This document shows, piece by piece, positions 8,079-17,022 of a stretch of DNA of 64,000 nucleotides. Source of the stretch: Pirellulaceae bacterium (GTDB lineage: Bacteria; Planctomycetota; Planctomycetia; Pirellulales; Pirellulaceae). The notes under the pieces are model-generated. The model saw only the letters and a program-made list of their open reading frames with translations, searched no databases and had not been told where the DNA came from. The stretch covers positions 817 to 64,816 of the forward strand of contig JALSIV010000211.1 in NCBI GenBank assembly GCA_026989685.1, read 5' to 3'. A program made the translations under genes and the position numbers. Each line of letters begins with the position of its first letter. The first letter of the stretch is position 1.

Positions 8079-9077
8079 ATGATGTGGAAAACAGTCTGTA
8101 TGGCCGGCCTAGCGCTGGCATGGATCGGTGGAACCATGGATGCCGAAGAACCGTTCACCGCAAGAAAAGGACCCTTTCCTCCGATTCCCGAGGAAGTGAC
8201 GAGTTTCGGAGCGGCCATCGCCGGGGATTCGCTCTACCTCTACGGCGGTCACACCGGAGCAGCTCATTCCTACTCCAACAAGGATCAAGGTCGCACGTTG
8301 TGGCGCATCGACCTGAAGACGCCCAAGCAATGGGAATCCGTGGTCACGGGACCGCCTCTGCAGGGCCTGGCCTTGGTGGCTTGCAATGGCAAGATCTATC
8401 GCATCGGTGGCTTCACCGCCGTCAACAAGGAAGGCGAAGAACATGATCTGCGGTCGACGGCCAGCGTGGCCGTCTGCGATCCGGCGACCGGGAAATGGAA
8501 CGACTGCTCTCCCCTGCCCCAGCCCCGCTCGTCGTTCGACGCGGCTGTCCTCGACGGCAAGATTTATGTCATCGGCGGTTGGCATCTTTCCGGCAGCGAT
8601 GACCGGGCCCAATGGCACAATACGGCCTACGTGCTCGACACGGCTGCCGAAACTCCCACCTGGAAGGAACTGCCGACCCCGCCGTTCGTGCGGCGAGCCC
8701 TGGCGGTCGCGGCATTCGATGGCAAGATCTACGCGATCGGCGGCATGCAACAGCGAGGCGGACCAACGACTCGGATCGACATCTACGACCCCACGACGAA
8801 ACGATGGTCGCAAGGCCCCTCGCTGCACGGCCGGCCCATGAACGGATTCGGCGCTTCCGCCTTCGCCGCGGGAGATCATCTCTACGTCACCACCATGGAT
8901 GGCAGCCTGCAGCGACTCGACAAAGGAGGGAGGGCCTGGAAGAGCCTCGGCAAGCTGGAGCACGGCCGCTTCTTCCATCGCATGTTGCGGCTGAACGACC
9001 GGCAACTGCTGATGATCGGAGGCGCCAGCATGTCGACCGGTAAGTATGACGAGATCGAAATCATCGAAATCCGTTAG
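8079..9077 (+). CDS. Kelch-repeat beta-propeller protein, exported
   Basis: Six Kelch-like blades: GDSLYLYGGH, NGKIYRIGGF, DGKIYVIGGW, DGKIYAIGGM, GDHLYVTT, RQLLMIGG. N-terminal signal peptide. GGAG 8 nt upstream of the ATG. Confidence 0.85.
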   Translation: MMWKTVCMAGLALAWIGGTMDAEEPFTARKGPFPPIPEEVTSFGAAIAGDSLYLYGGHTGAAHSYSNKDQGRTLWRIDLKTPKQWESVVTGPPLQGLALVACNGKIYRIGGFTAVNKEGEEHDLRSTASVAVCDPATGKWNDCSPLPQPRSSFDAAVLDGKIYVIGGWHLSGSDDRAQWHNTAYVLDTAAETPTWKELPTPPFVRRALAVAAFDGKIYAIGGMQQRGGPTTRIDIYDPTTKRWSQGPSLHGRPMNGFGASAFAAGDHLYVTTMDGSLQRLDKGGRAWKSLGKLEHGRFFHRMLRLNDRQLLMIGGASMSTGKYDEIEIIEIR

Positions 9078-9111
9078 CAGACCAACCCGCGGGTCTCGTT
9101 CTCCGGAGGCA

Positions 9112-10437
9112 ATGATGCGCACTCTGCTTGTTCCGCTCGCGATCGTGATCCTGGCAAACGCGTTCCCCTGCCCGCTCGGCGTGGCCGGTGAACCGGCATG
9201 GCCCGGTTTCCTGGGGCCGCGATCGAGCAGCCTGAGCGACCGCGATCTTCCGCTGGCGTGGTCCGCTACCGACCACGTTGCCTGGAAAGCAACGATCGTC
9301 GGTTACGGCCAATCCAGCCCTGTCGTGTGGAACGGACAGGTATTCGTCACTTCTATCTCCGGACCGATGAAACAGCATTGCCACATCACGGCCTTCGACC
9401 TGGCCGGCGGGAAGAAGTTGTGGCACCGCGAGTTTCCGGCAGCGTTCCAGACGGCCAACAACAACTACACCAGTAAAGCCGCGCCGACACCGGTCGTCGA
9501 TGCCAATGGGCTGGTGGTGTGGTTCGAAAGCGGCAACCTGATCGGGCTCGGCCATGACGGCCGCCTCCGGTGGCAACGGGACCTGATTCAGGAGTACGGC
9601 AGGATCGACACGCGGCACGGCCTGGGATCGTCGTTGGTTCAGATGGAAAACCTGGCGGTCGTCTGGGTGGAACGGCAAACCGATCCGTATATTCTGGCGG
9701 TCGACAAATCAACCGGAAAAACCGCGTGGAAGGTCCCCGGGCTTCAAGTCACGACCTGGAGCACTCCTTGTCTGCTTGAGGTCGACGGCAAACAACATCT
9801 CGTCTTCAGCGGTGGCGGCAAACTGGTTGGACTCGATCCGGACACCGGAGACAGGCTCTGGGCCTTCGAGGACCTCGCGGGCAATACCATCCCGGCTCCT
9901 CAGCCGCTCGCCGGCGGGCGTCTCCTGATCGGAGCATCGGCGGGGAGCGAAGAAGGCGGCGCCAACACGGCCAAGTCCAACGGTGTCATCCAGGTGTCTC
10001 GCTCGGAAAACGGTGGATTCCAGGTTGCCTATCGCTGGCGGGCCAAACGAGCGACCTCCTCGTTCGGTTCGCCCATCGTTCATCGAGGACTCGCCTATTT
10101 CATCAACAAGGCGGGAGTTCTGTTCTGCCTCGATGCCGACTCCGGAAAAGAGCACTATGTGAAGCGACTGGGAGACACCGCCTGGGCAACTCCTCTAGCG
10201 GTGGGCGACCGTGTGTATCTCGTCGGCCGTGGCGGAACGACGATCGTGATCCGCCCGGGAACTCGCTTCGAAAAACTGGCCGAGAACCGGATCAACACCA
10301 AGCCGGCCCCGGCTGCCTCATCGCTGACGCCACCGACCAGCTCGCAAGGACCGCTGATCCAATACGCCATCGTTGCCGTCGGCGACAGCATCCTGATCCG
10401 TACCGGAGATACGCTGTACTGTTTCCGTGAACCGTGA
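9112..10437 (+). CDS. PQQ-like (BamB-type) beta-propeller repeat protein, exported
   Basis: GGAGG upstream of ATG 9112. Signal peptide MMRTLLVPLAIVILANAFP. Repeated W-x-blade motifs (VAWKATI, KLWHREF, LRWQRDL, TAWKVPG, RLWAFED). Confidence 0.85.
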   Translation: MMRTLLVPLAIVILANAFPCPLGVAGEPAWPGFLGPRSSSLSDRDLPLAWSATDHVAWKATIVGYGQSSPVVWNGQVFVTSISGPMKQHCHITAFDLAGGKKLWHREFPAAFQTANNNYTSKAAPTPVVDANGLVVWFESGNLIGLGHDGRLRWQRDLIQEYGRIDTRHGLGSSLVQMENLAVVWVERQTDPYILAVDKSTGKTAWKVPGLQVTTWSTPCLLEVDGKQHLVFSGGGKLVGLDPDTGDRLWAFEDLAGNTIPAPQPLAGGRLLIGASAGSEEGGANTAKSNGVIQVSRSENGGFQVAYRWRAKRATSSFGSPIVHRGLAYFINKAGVLFCLDADSGKEHYVKRLGDTAWATPLAVGDRVYLVGRGGTTIVIRPGTRFEKLAENRINTKPAPAASSLTPPTSSQGPLIQYAIVAVGDSILIRTGDTLYCFREP

Positions 10438-10874
10438 CCCGCGACGATCCCTACACACCACCAAAAGCATCGGGCGAAGGGGCATCGGGCGGCCCTTCGT
10501 TCCTGCGAGGCAATCCGCTGTGGCTCCCGGCCATCGTGCTATTGCTCCAATCGCTGATAACATTCGCGGTCTGCCTGCAGGTCGTCGCCGTCCTGGTCGA
10601 ATTGTCTTGGCGACGGCCTGAGGATTCGGACTTCGTGCCGCTGGCCATCTTCGCCGCGAGCCTGATCGGCCAGGTCGCCGTGATCGTCGGCTCGGTCAGC
10701 GCCCTGCGGATGAAGTGTTACTCGGCTGCCTGGTGGGGCGCCGTCGTCGCTTGCATCCCCCTGCTGACACCTTGCTGCGTCTTCGGAATCCCGTTCGGAA
10801 TGTGGATCATCCTGGAACTACGGCGAGAAGACGTTCAACGGAAGTTCGCCGAACGGAAAGGGGACGCCGGATGA
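10434..10874 (+). CDS. small integral membrane protein (3 predicted TM helices), function unknown
   Basis: GTG start overlaps the stop of the preceding gene (GTGA). Hydrophobic segments LWLPAIVLLLQSLITFAVCLQVVAVLV, PLAIFAASLIGQVAVIVGSV and AVVACIPLLTPCCVFGIPFGMWIIL. Confidence 0.6.
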   Translation: MTRDDPYTPPKASGEGASGGPSFLRGNPLWLPAIVLLLQSLITFAVCLQVVAVLVELSWRRPEDSDFVPLAIFAASLIGQVAVIVGSVSALRMKCYSAAWWGAVVACIPLLTPCCVFGIPFGMWIILELRREDVQRKFAERKGDAG

Positions 10875-10885
10875 GACGCAGCCGA

Positions 10886-11001
10886 ACGCGGGCTGCGCCC
10901 GCCAGACCGGAGGCGCCAGACCGGAGGATGTAGGGGTGGTGAGGACCGCCAAAGGCCAGTGCCCGGTGCGCGCACGGCGCGCAGATACCAGCAAGCAAGA
11001 C
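10886..11001 (+). repeat. dispersed ~116-nt intergenic repeat, copy A
   Basis: Aligns by eye at high identity (many matching runs, few mismatches, two small indels) in the same orientation with 48977-49092. Shared core CCGGAGG..GTAGGG..GTGGTGA.GACCG..AA.GCCAGTGCCCG.TGCGCGCACGGCG.GCAGAT. Contains the palindrome GTGCGCGCAC and the hairpin GCGGGC-NG-GCCCGC. Confidence 0.6.
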
Positions 11002-11383
11002 TCGAACGGACGGCAAGAACAGCCTGCCTACCGGTGACACGTCAAAGCCACATGCACGGAAAGAACGGCGATGGCGATAAAGGGGATCACCAGCAGCCAT
11101 TGACTCAGTTGAACCGACATCACGCACCTCACGTGCATTCTTGGGCGCGCAGGGCCTCCTTGACCTGCAGCCACCGTCCTTCCAGGCTTCCCATGTAGAG
11201 TCTGTAACCATGCCCGCCGCACCGCTCTCCCGTCTCGGATGGGTCGCTTGCGGCGTGGAGTCTCGCGACAGCCTCGTAGCCTTCGAGCGGACGATCCATT
11301 CGCCCGCACCCTTGTCTTATCGGCCGGCGTCCACGGCCGCGGCCAATCCGCCCCGGCTCCTCCACCGGCTTTCGCTCGGCTGC

Positions 11384-12028
11384 CTAATCGGAAAAGTCGA
11401 ATTGTTGCAGTAGCGCCTGGTAGGCCTCGGGAGTGTTGACATTTCGCAGACTGGTCAAGTCCGGATCGGCGTGCCGCAGTTCGTCGACGTCGATCCGCCG
11501 ACTCGGCACTTGGTCGAACAGCGCAATCGGTCGCCGGATTCCCTGCTCGAGTAGCGCATCGATCACCGGAGCCACACTCACACGATACACGCCAGCCAGA
11601 CAGTGAGCGTGATGCTCATCACAAGGCACCGCTACGTCCGCAGCTCCCAACCGATCCGCCACCGCCCGCACGAACTGCGGCACCAGGAGCGGCGCATCGC
11701 AGCTCGCCACAAAAGCCCGGTCGACCTCGGACGCCAGAGCTTCCAGGCCGACCCGGATACCCTCGAGCGGTCCGGCCGCCGGCCGCACGTCGCGAGCGAC
11801 GGCAACGCCCGAGGGAAGCACGGGGAGGAGCTGACCCTCCGCCGCAACCACAACCACCGGCTCCGCCACCTTCGCCAACCGCCGCACCACACGGAGCAAC
11901 ATCGGCTCGCCTCCCAGCGGCAGGTCGGCCTTCGATCGCCCCATTCTCCGACTCTGGCCGCCGCATACGACGATTCCCCCCAGTTGTTCCACTTGGATTC
12001 CTCGCTCAACAGTGCCGCTCGTTCTCAT
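11384..12028 (-). CDS. mobA: molybdenum cofactor guanylyltransferase
   Basis: N-terminal GIVVCGGQSRRMGRSKADLPLGGEPML matches the MobA LAGG-x3-RMG-x-DK signature. Size (214 aa) fits. Confidence 0.85.
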   Translation of the reverse strand: MRTSGTVERGIQVEQLGGIVVCGGQSRRMGRSKADLPLGGEPMLLRVVRRLAKVAEPVVVVAAEGQLLPVLPSGVAVARDVRPAAGPLEGIRVGLEALASEVDRAFVASCDAPLLVPQFVRAVADRLGAADVAVPCDEHHAHCLAGVYRVSVAPVIDALLEQGIRRPIALFDQVPSRRIDVDELRHADPDLTSLRNVNTPEAYQALLQQFDFSD

Positions 12029-12128
12029 CGGTCGACATTCTCTCGCCCCGTTGCCAACGCCCCGGGATCGGCTAGTGTGAATAAAACCAGTTTATCTTCT
12101 GCGACTCCCGCCAGTCAGACGACCTGCC

Positions 12129-12947
12129 ATGCCCCTGCGACTTTCCCTTCGCCAAGTCCCACCGGTGCCTCTCGAGGTGGAACAGGTTCTTCCGTCGGTT
12201 TTCCGCCGAGTCGACCGTGCCGACTGGCCACGACTCGAAGTCTACCTCGGCAAAGAAAAGCAGACGTTGGGGGACTGGTTCGACTTGGCGGGAACCCCCG
12301 ACAACGAAACGGTGGTCTGGGAAGGCGATCTGACTCGCGTTCATTGGATCGGCGCCGGACTCGATACCGGCCGCATCGAAATCGATGGCTCGGCCGGTCG
12401 GCACATCGGCAGCGAAATGACGGGTGGGGAAATCGTCGTACACGGTGATGCTGGCAACCATCTCGGTGCCGAAATGAAAGGGGGCCGGATCGTCGTGCAT
12501 GGGTCGGCCGGCCATCTGGTGGGTGGCGCCTATCGCGGGAGTCTACTCGGCATGCGAGGCGGCGAGATCATCATCGACGGCAACGCGGGCAACGAAGTCG
12601 GGCATTCGATGCGACGAGGCCTGATCGCGATTGCCGGAGACGTCGGCGACCTGGCCGGCTTCGCCATGCGAGCCGGAACGATCGTGGTCGGCGGTCGCGC
12701 GGGGATTCGCCACGGTGCCGAAATGGTGCGCGGCAGCCTGGTCTACCTGAGTGACACAAGCGTGTCGCTCCTCCCCACCGTTCGGTCCGGATCGGTTCAG
12801 CAACCGGTCGTGCTGCGACTGATCGCCGCTCATTTGGAGAAAACCGGATTTCGCCACAACCGGCAGTGGGGCAGTCGTCCGTACCGTATCCACCACGGCG
12901 ATTTTCTGGCAGGCGGACGTGGAGAATTCTGGATCCCGGCAGTTTGA
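12129..12947 (+). CDS. fwdC: formylmethanofuran dehydrogenase subunit C (FwdC/FhcC-type GXGXG beta-helix protein)
   Basis: Tandem turns DGSAGRHIGSEMTGGEIVVHGDAGNHLGAEMKGGRIVVHGSAGHLVGG...GGEIIIDGNAGNEVGHSMRRGLIAIAGDVGDLAGFAMRAGTIVVGG are typical of FwdC and the glutamate synthase C-terminal fold. Confidence 0.85.
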   Translation: MPLRLSLRQVPPVPLEVEQVLPSVFRRVDRADWPRLEVYLGKEKQTLGDWFDLAGTPDNETVVWEGDLTRVHWIGAGLDTGRIEIDGSAGRHIGSEMTGGEIVVHGDAGNHLGAEMKGGRIVVHGSAGHLVGGAYRGSLLGMRGGEIIIDGNAGNEVGHSMRRGLIAIAGDVGDLAGFAMRAGTIVVGGRAGIRHGAEMVRGSLVYLSDTSVSLLPTVRSGSVQQPVVLRLIAAHLEKTGFRHNRQWGSRPYRIHHGDFLAGGRGEFWIPAV

Positions 12948-12975
12948 AGGGTGAAGGGTGAGGGGTGAGGGGTGA
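12948..12975. repeat. heptanucleotide tandem array (A/G)GGGTGA x4, G-quadruplex-capable on the plus strand
   Basis: AGGGTGA AGGGTGA GGGGTGA GGGGTGA starts on the nucleotide after the fwdC stop codon, at the convergent fwdC / dinB-like junction. Confidence 0.75.
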
Positions 12976-13222
12976 GCGCGAGTACGAGCGAGTGGTGGAA
13001 GAAGATGACAAGGATGGACAACCTTCGACTCGACGATCGATGAGCCATCGGCGCAATCGCGCTTCGAACGACGACGCCGGCTGGCGACAACCATCGTCGC
13101 AACTTCGTACTCGTACTCAGGCGCCGGCCGGTAATCGTGCTCGGCATTTCCAGTCGTGCAGGACGCGCGCGTCGCGAGCGCAGCGAGGCGACACCACCGG
13201 GGGAGGCTCACGCGGAAACTCG

Positions 13223-13726
13223 CTAACGCAAGGGCTGCTTGCCCATGGCTCTACGGATCAAGCCGATCTGGCCGGCATGGAGCATTTCGTGGTGAGCGCA
13301 GAACCAGAGAGCCCCCAGTTTCGTGGGCTGCCCTGCAAAGGGCATATCGACCGGCTGTTGCAGCTCCTCGTCGGAACACTCGGCCAGCTCCCGCTCCACT
13401 TGCGTGTGAATGTTGCTCAAGACTTCCAACAACTGCTCCGCCGAGTATTTCCCGGAAACCTCGGCTGGTGTCGAACCCTTGGCGAAATCCCGGCGAAAAC
13501 TCCCCGGCAACAGCGACCGGTCCTCGTCTCGCCGTCCCCGGCGGCGGAACAGGGCCAACCCGTACTCGGCCATCGCCACGTGCCCGATTTGCCAAGCCAC
13601 ATGAGTCTCCAGGCCGGGCGGCATCGTGTACCACTCCTCCCGATCCACGTCCTCGATCATGGCCAACGTGTAGGCTCGAGCCGACTGAATCTGAGACCAG
13701 GCATCCTGGCAGCGTGAATTGGGCAT
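13223..13726 (-). CDS. DinB-superfamily (metal-dependent four-helix bundle) protein
   Basis: ATG 13726 preceded by GAGGAG. Motifs WQIGHVAMAE and FCAHHEMLHAGQIGLIRR (His triad pattern of DinB/YfiT-like proteins). Confidence 0.8.
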   Translation of the reverse strand: MPNSRCQDAWSQIQSARAYTLAMIEDVDREEWYTMPPGLETHVAWQIGHVAMAEYGLALFRRRGRRDEDRSLLPGSFRRDFAKGSTPAEVSGKYSAEQLLEVLSNIHTQVERELAECSDEELQQPVDMPFAGQPTKLGALWFCAHHEMLHAGQIGLIRRAMGKQPLR

Positions 13727-13959
13727 CGTATGCTCCTCGTTCAACACCAGCGTTTGGGTGGTAACCGGCAAGGATCGATCCGACATCGTCGGGCCGAAAT
13801 ATCGTAACCGCCGTTGCCCATCGGTGGGAAGACGACGGTGCTCTCGCCCATCTCTCGGGCCTCCGACTCCTTGCGCGCGCTCTGCTGCCGATGTAAGATC
13901 AGTGCAGTCAACGTCCCACCATCCACCACACCACCCTCGATCAGCCGAACCCGACTTCG

Positions 13960-15636
13960 ATGTCCGTTACGCTTCGCATCACCGGCGGCTACGTTTACGA
14001 CCCCGAGCACAATATCGACGGCCAAGTCCACGACATCTGGATTCGTGACGGCAAGGTCATCCCGGCCCCCGAGGACCCGCAGGTTCGGCCGGATCGAGAA
14101 ATCGATGCGCGCGGGCTCGTGGTGATGCCCGGCGGTGTCGACCTGCACTGCCACATTGCCGGTCCCAAGGTCAATGCGGCCCGCAAGATGCGCCCCGAAG
14201 AAAAGCGGCACGGGGAAGTCGTCCGCCGCACTCCACGGACTCACAGCGGCACACTGGGAAGCGTGCCCAGTACGTTCGCCACCGGCTACCGCTACCTGGG
14301 CATGGGCTACACGACGGCGTTCGACGCCGCCATCCCCCCCCTCTCCGCTCGACACGCTCACGAGGAATTCGCCGATACGCCGGGAATCGACAAGGGGTTC
14401 TTCGTGCTGATGGGGAACAACCATTTCGTCATGGAGTCGATCAAGCAACGGGACCGCGCACGACTCGATGCGTTCGTAGCTTGGTTGTTGAGAGCCGCCA
14501 AAGGGTACGGCATGAAAGTCGTCAACCCGGGCGGCGTCGAGGTGTGGAAACAGCACCGGGCCGGCAACGTCACCGATCTGGATCAAGTCGTCGACTATTT
14601 CGAGATAACCCCGCGACAGATCATCCGCGAGTTGGCAGCCACCCGCACGCGTCTGGGACTCCCTCACCCCATCCACATCCACTCCAATAATCTCGGATTG
14701 CCGGGCAATTGGCAGACCACATTGGAAACGATGCGAGCCCTCGATGGTCATCGTGGTCACATGACCCACATCCAATTCCACAGCTATGCCGGGGGGGATG
14801 TCGATGAAACGACGTTCGGCTCGCGCGTTTCCGAACTGGCCCAATACGTCAACGAACATCCCGAGATCACCGTCGACGTCGGCCAAGTGCTGTTCGGCGA
14901 CACTACCAGCATGACCGGAGATGGTCCACTCGGCTATTACTTGCATCAAGTCTACGGCACCAAGTGGTTCAGTTCGGATACCGAACTCGAAGCGGGCTGC
15001 GGTATCGCTCCGATACGCTACCGCAACAAGAGCCTGGTACATGCCTGGCAGTGGGCGATCGGGCTGGAGTGGTACCTGCTGGTGGACGATCCGTGGCGCG
15101 TGGCCATGAGTACCGACCATCCCAACGGCGGATCGTTTCTGGCATATCCGCAGATTATTCGCCTGCTGATGGATCGAGACTACCGCAAGGACGTGCTGAA
15201 AACCGTCCACCGGAAAGTGCGAGAGCAATCCTGCCTGGGAGATCTGGATCGGCAGTATAGTCTCAACGAGATCTGCATCATCACCCGCGCCGGTCCGGCT
15301 CGTATCCTCGGGCTGCCCCACAAGGGTCACCTCGGTCCCGGCGCGGATGCCGACGTCACCATCTACGCGCCTCACGAAAACAAGCAAACCATGTTCGAGT
15401 TTCCCCGCTACGTCGTCAAAAGTGGCGAGATTCTGGTCGACGACGGCGAGATCCGGGAGACGACATACGGCAAGTTGCTGCACGTCGCGCCCGATTACGA
15501 CCGGGACCGCGAAGCGGAGATCGCGGACTGGTTCGAGCAATACTACACGATTCGCTTTCGGAACTATCCCGTAGGCAACGAGTACTTGCACGAATCGGAA
15601 GTCGTCTCTTGTCAAGCCGAGGCAGCGGCGCCATGA
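13960..15636 (+). CDS. fwdA: formylmethanofuran dehydrogenase subunit A (FwdA/FhcA, amidohydrolase fold)
   Basis: N-terminus LRITGGYVYDPEHNIDGQVHDIWIRDGKVI, metal-site GGVDLHCHIAGP and the later HIHSNNLG are typical of FwdA/FhcA. A candidate promoter TTGCGC-17-TAAGAT lies at 13871-13899. Confidence 0.9.
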   Translation: MSVTLRITGGYVYDPEHNIDGQVHDIWIRDGKVIPAPEDPQVRPDREIDARGLVVMPGGVDLHCHIAGPKVNAARKMRPEEKRHGEVVRRTPRTHSGTLGSVPSTFATGYRYLGMGYTTAFDAAIPPLSARHAHEEFADTPGIDKGFFVLMGNNHFVMESIKQRDRARLDAFVAWLLRAAKGYGMKVVNPGGVEVWKQHRAGNVTDLDQVVDYFEITPRQIIRELAATRTRLGLPHPIHIHSNNLGLPGNWQTTLETMRALDGHRGHMTHIQFHSYAGGDVDETTFGSRVSELAQYVNEHPEITVDVGQVLFGDTTSMTGDGPLGYYLHQVYGTKWFSSDTELEAGCGIAPIRYRNKSLVHAWQWAIGLEWYLLVDDPWRVAMSTDHPNGGSFLAYPQIIRLLMDRDYRKDVLKTVHRKVREQSCLGDLDRQYSLNEICIITRAGPARILGLPHKGHLGPGADADVTIYAPHENKQTMFEFPRYVVKSGEILVDDGEIRETTYGKLLHVAPDYDRDREAEIADWFEQYYTIRFRNYPVGNEYLHESEVVSCQAEAAAP

Positions 15637-16862
15637 ACGACGTGCGGATGCGAGGGTTCGCCGAACGAACATCGGTGGAGGATGCGGTGGCGTGGGTCGA
15701 CCGGCAAGCCGCCTGGATCGTGCCCGAAGTCGTTCCGCTATCGGAGGCTCGCGGGCGCGTACTCGCCGAACCGGTTGTCAGCCGGATCGATGTCCCGACT
15801 TATCCTCGAGCCATGATGGATGGGTATGCGGTGCGAGCCGCCGACACGATGGGAGCCGGCGACTACGACCCGCTCCCGCTCCGCATCGTCGGAACTTCTC
15901 TGCCCGCCGCACCGGCCAACGTCACCGTTGGCGAAGGAGAAGCCGTGCGGATCATGACAGGCGCGCCGATGCCCGAAGGAGCCGACGCCGTGCTTCCCGT
16001 CGAGCAAACCCAGCCCGGCAGCTCGACCGACTCCGTGCTGGTGCTCGCCGCGGTGGCTCGAGGCCGTCACATCGGCCAAGTCGGCGAAGACATCCGTCGC
16101 GGTCGTGAAGTGCTGACGCGGGGACGCGTGCTCCGTCCGCAAGATCTCGGCGTCCTTTCGTCCATCGGGTTGTCGGAAGTCTCCGTGATCGGCGCGCCGC
16201 GCGTCGCCATCCTCGTCACCGGCAACGAAGTGCTGCCGGCCGGATCGAAGCCGGCCGACTACCGGATCGCCGATGCGAACGGACCGATGCTCTCGGCATT
16301 GGTCGAGCGCGACCACGGATGTGTCACTGACTGTCGCTACGTTCCTGATGACCCCGATGCCATCGCCGAGGCCCTGCGAGCCGACGCCGACATCATCCTC
16401 GTTTCGGGTGGCTCTAGCGTGGGCGAGGAAGACCACACGCCGCAACTGGTGCGCAAGTTGGGTATGCTGGCCGTCCACGGGATCGCCATGCGCCCCAGCA
16501 GTCCGGCCGGAATGGGAACGATCGGCCACCGCCAGGTCTTCTTGTTGCCGGGAAATCCCGTTTCCTGTCTCTGTGCTTACGATTTCTTTGCCGGCCGCCT
16601 GATTCGGCAGCGAGCCGGCCACCGAGCCGATTGGCCCTACCGGCAACAGCAGTTGCCGCTGGCGGAGAAACTCAGTTCGGCCATCGGCCGCACCGACTAC
16701 GCTCGCGTTCGCATCCAGAACGGGCAGGTCATCCCGCTAGCCATCCGCGGTGCGTCTATCCTGACGTCAACGACTCGCGCCGACGGGTTCGTAATCGTTC
16801 CCGAAGCCAGCGAAGGATTCGCCGAGGGGACCCCGGTCACGGTCTATCGGTACGATGCGTGA
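15633..16862 (+). CDS. moeA: molybdopterin molybdenumtransferase
   Basis: ATG 15633 overlaps the fwdA stop (ATGA). MoeA signatures MMDGYAVRAAD, IMTGAPMPEGADAV and ILVSGGSSVGEEDH. Confidence 0.9.
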   Translation: MNDVRMRGFAERTSVEDAVAWVDRQAAWIVPEVVPLSEARGRVLAEPVVSRIDVPTYPRAMMDGYAVRAADTMGAGDYDPLPLRIVGTSLPAAPANVTVGEGEAVRIMTGAPMPEGADAVLPVEQTQPGSSTDSVLVLAAVARGRHIGQVGEDIRRGREVLTRGRVLRPQDLGVLSSIGLSEVSVIGAPRVAILVTGNEVLPAGSKPADYRIADANGPMLSALVERDHGCVTDCRYVPDDPDAIAEALRADADIILVSGGSSVGEEDHTPQLVRKLGMLAVHGIAMRPSSPAGMGTIGHRQVFLLPGNPVSCLCAYDFFAGRLIRQRAGHRADWPYRQQQLPLAEKLSSAIGRTDYARVRIQNGQVIPLAIRGASILTSTTRADGFVIVPEASEGFAEGTPVTVYRYDA

Positions 16863-16910
16863 GATCCGTTCGCCGGTGCCAACTCGACGAAACAGGCCCG
16901 AAGCTCCCCG

Positions 16911-17022
16911 CCTCACGCCCCCCTCATCCCCCTTCACACCTCACACCTCACACCTCACACCTCACACCTCCCACCTCCCACCTCACCCCTCACACCTCCC
17001 ACCTCCCACTTCGCACTTCCGC
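16911..17022. repeat. heptanucleotide tandem array CCTC(A/C)CA, ~13 units (G-rich GGTGNGA on the minus strand)
   Basis: The ten cleanest units span 16939-17008, with degenerate units either side. It lies at the convergent moeA / fwdB junction. The last 10 codons and the stop of fwdB (16990-17022) lie inside the array. It is the reverse-complement family of the array at 12948-12975. Confidence 0.8.

Noticed and set aside
10807-11211. 134-aa minus ORF sharing a peptide segment (ICAPCAHRALAFG...SGLAGAARVR) with the N-terminus of ORF 47464..49167, considered as a small protein family
   Set aside because: The similarity is explained by the 116-nt DNA repeat. The ORF overlaps the 3' end of the gene at 10434-10874 and has no plausible start context.
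12029-13959. Moco (molybdenum cofactor) riboswitch upstream of fwdC, fwdA-moeA or fwdD-fwdB
   Set aside because: The leaders are short (about 55-100 nt from plausible promoters) and lack the long conserved Moco motif architecture.
13741-15672. 643-aa minus-strand ORF
   Set aside because: Antisense shadow of fwdA, which has unmistakable amidohydrolase/FwdA motifs on the plus strand.
16911-17022. CRISPR array interpretation of the tandem repeats (also 12948-12975 and 55461-55544)
   Set aside because: Units are 7 nt and contiguous, without spacers, and there are no cas genes. These are simple heptamer microsatellite-like arrays.
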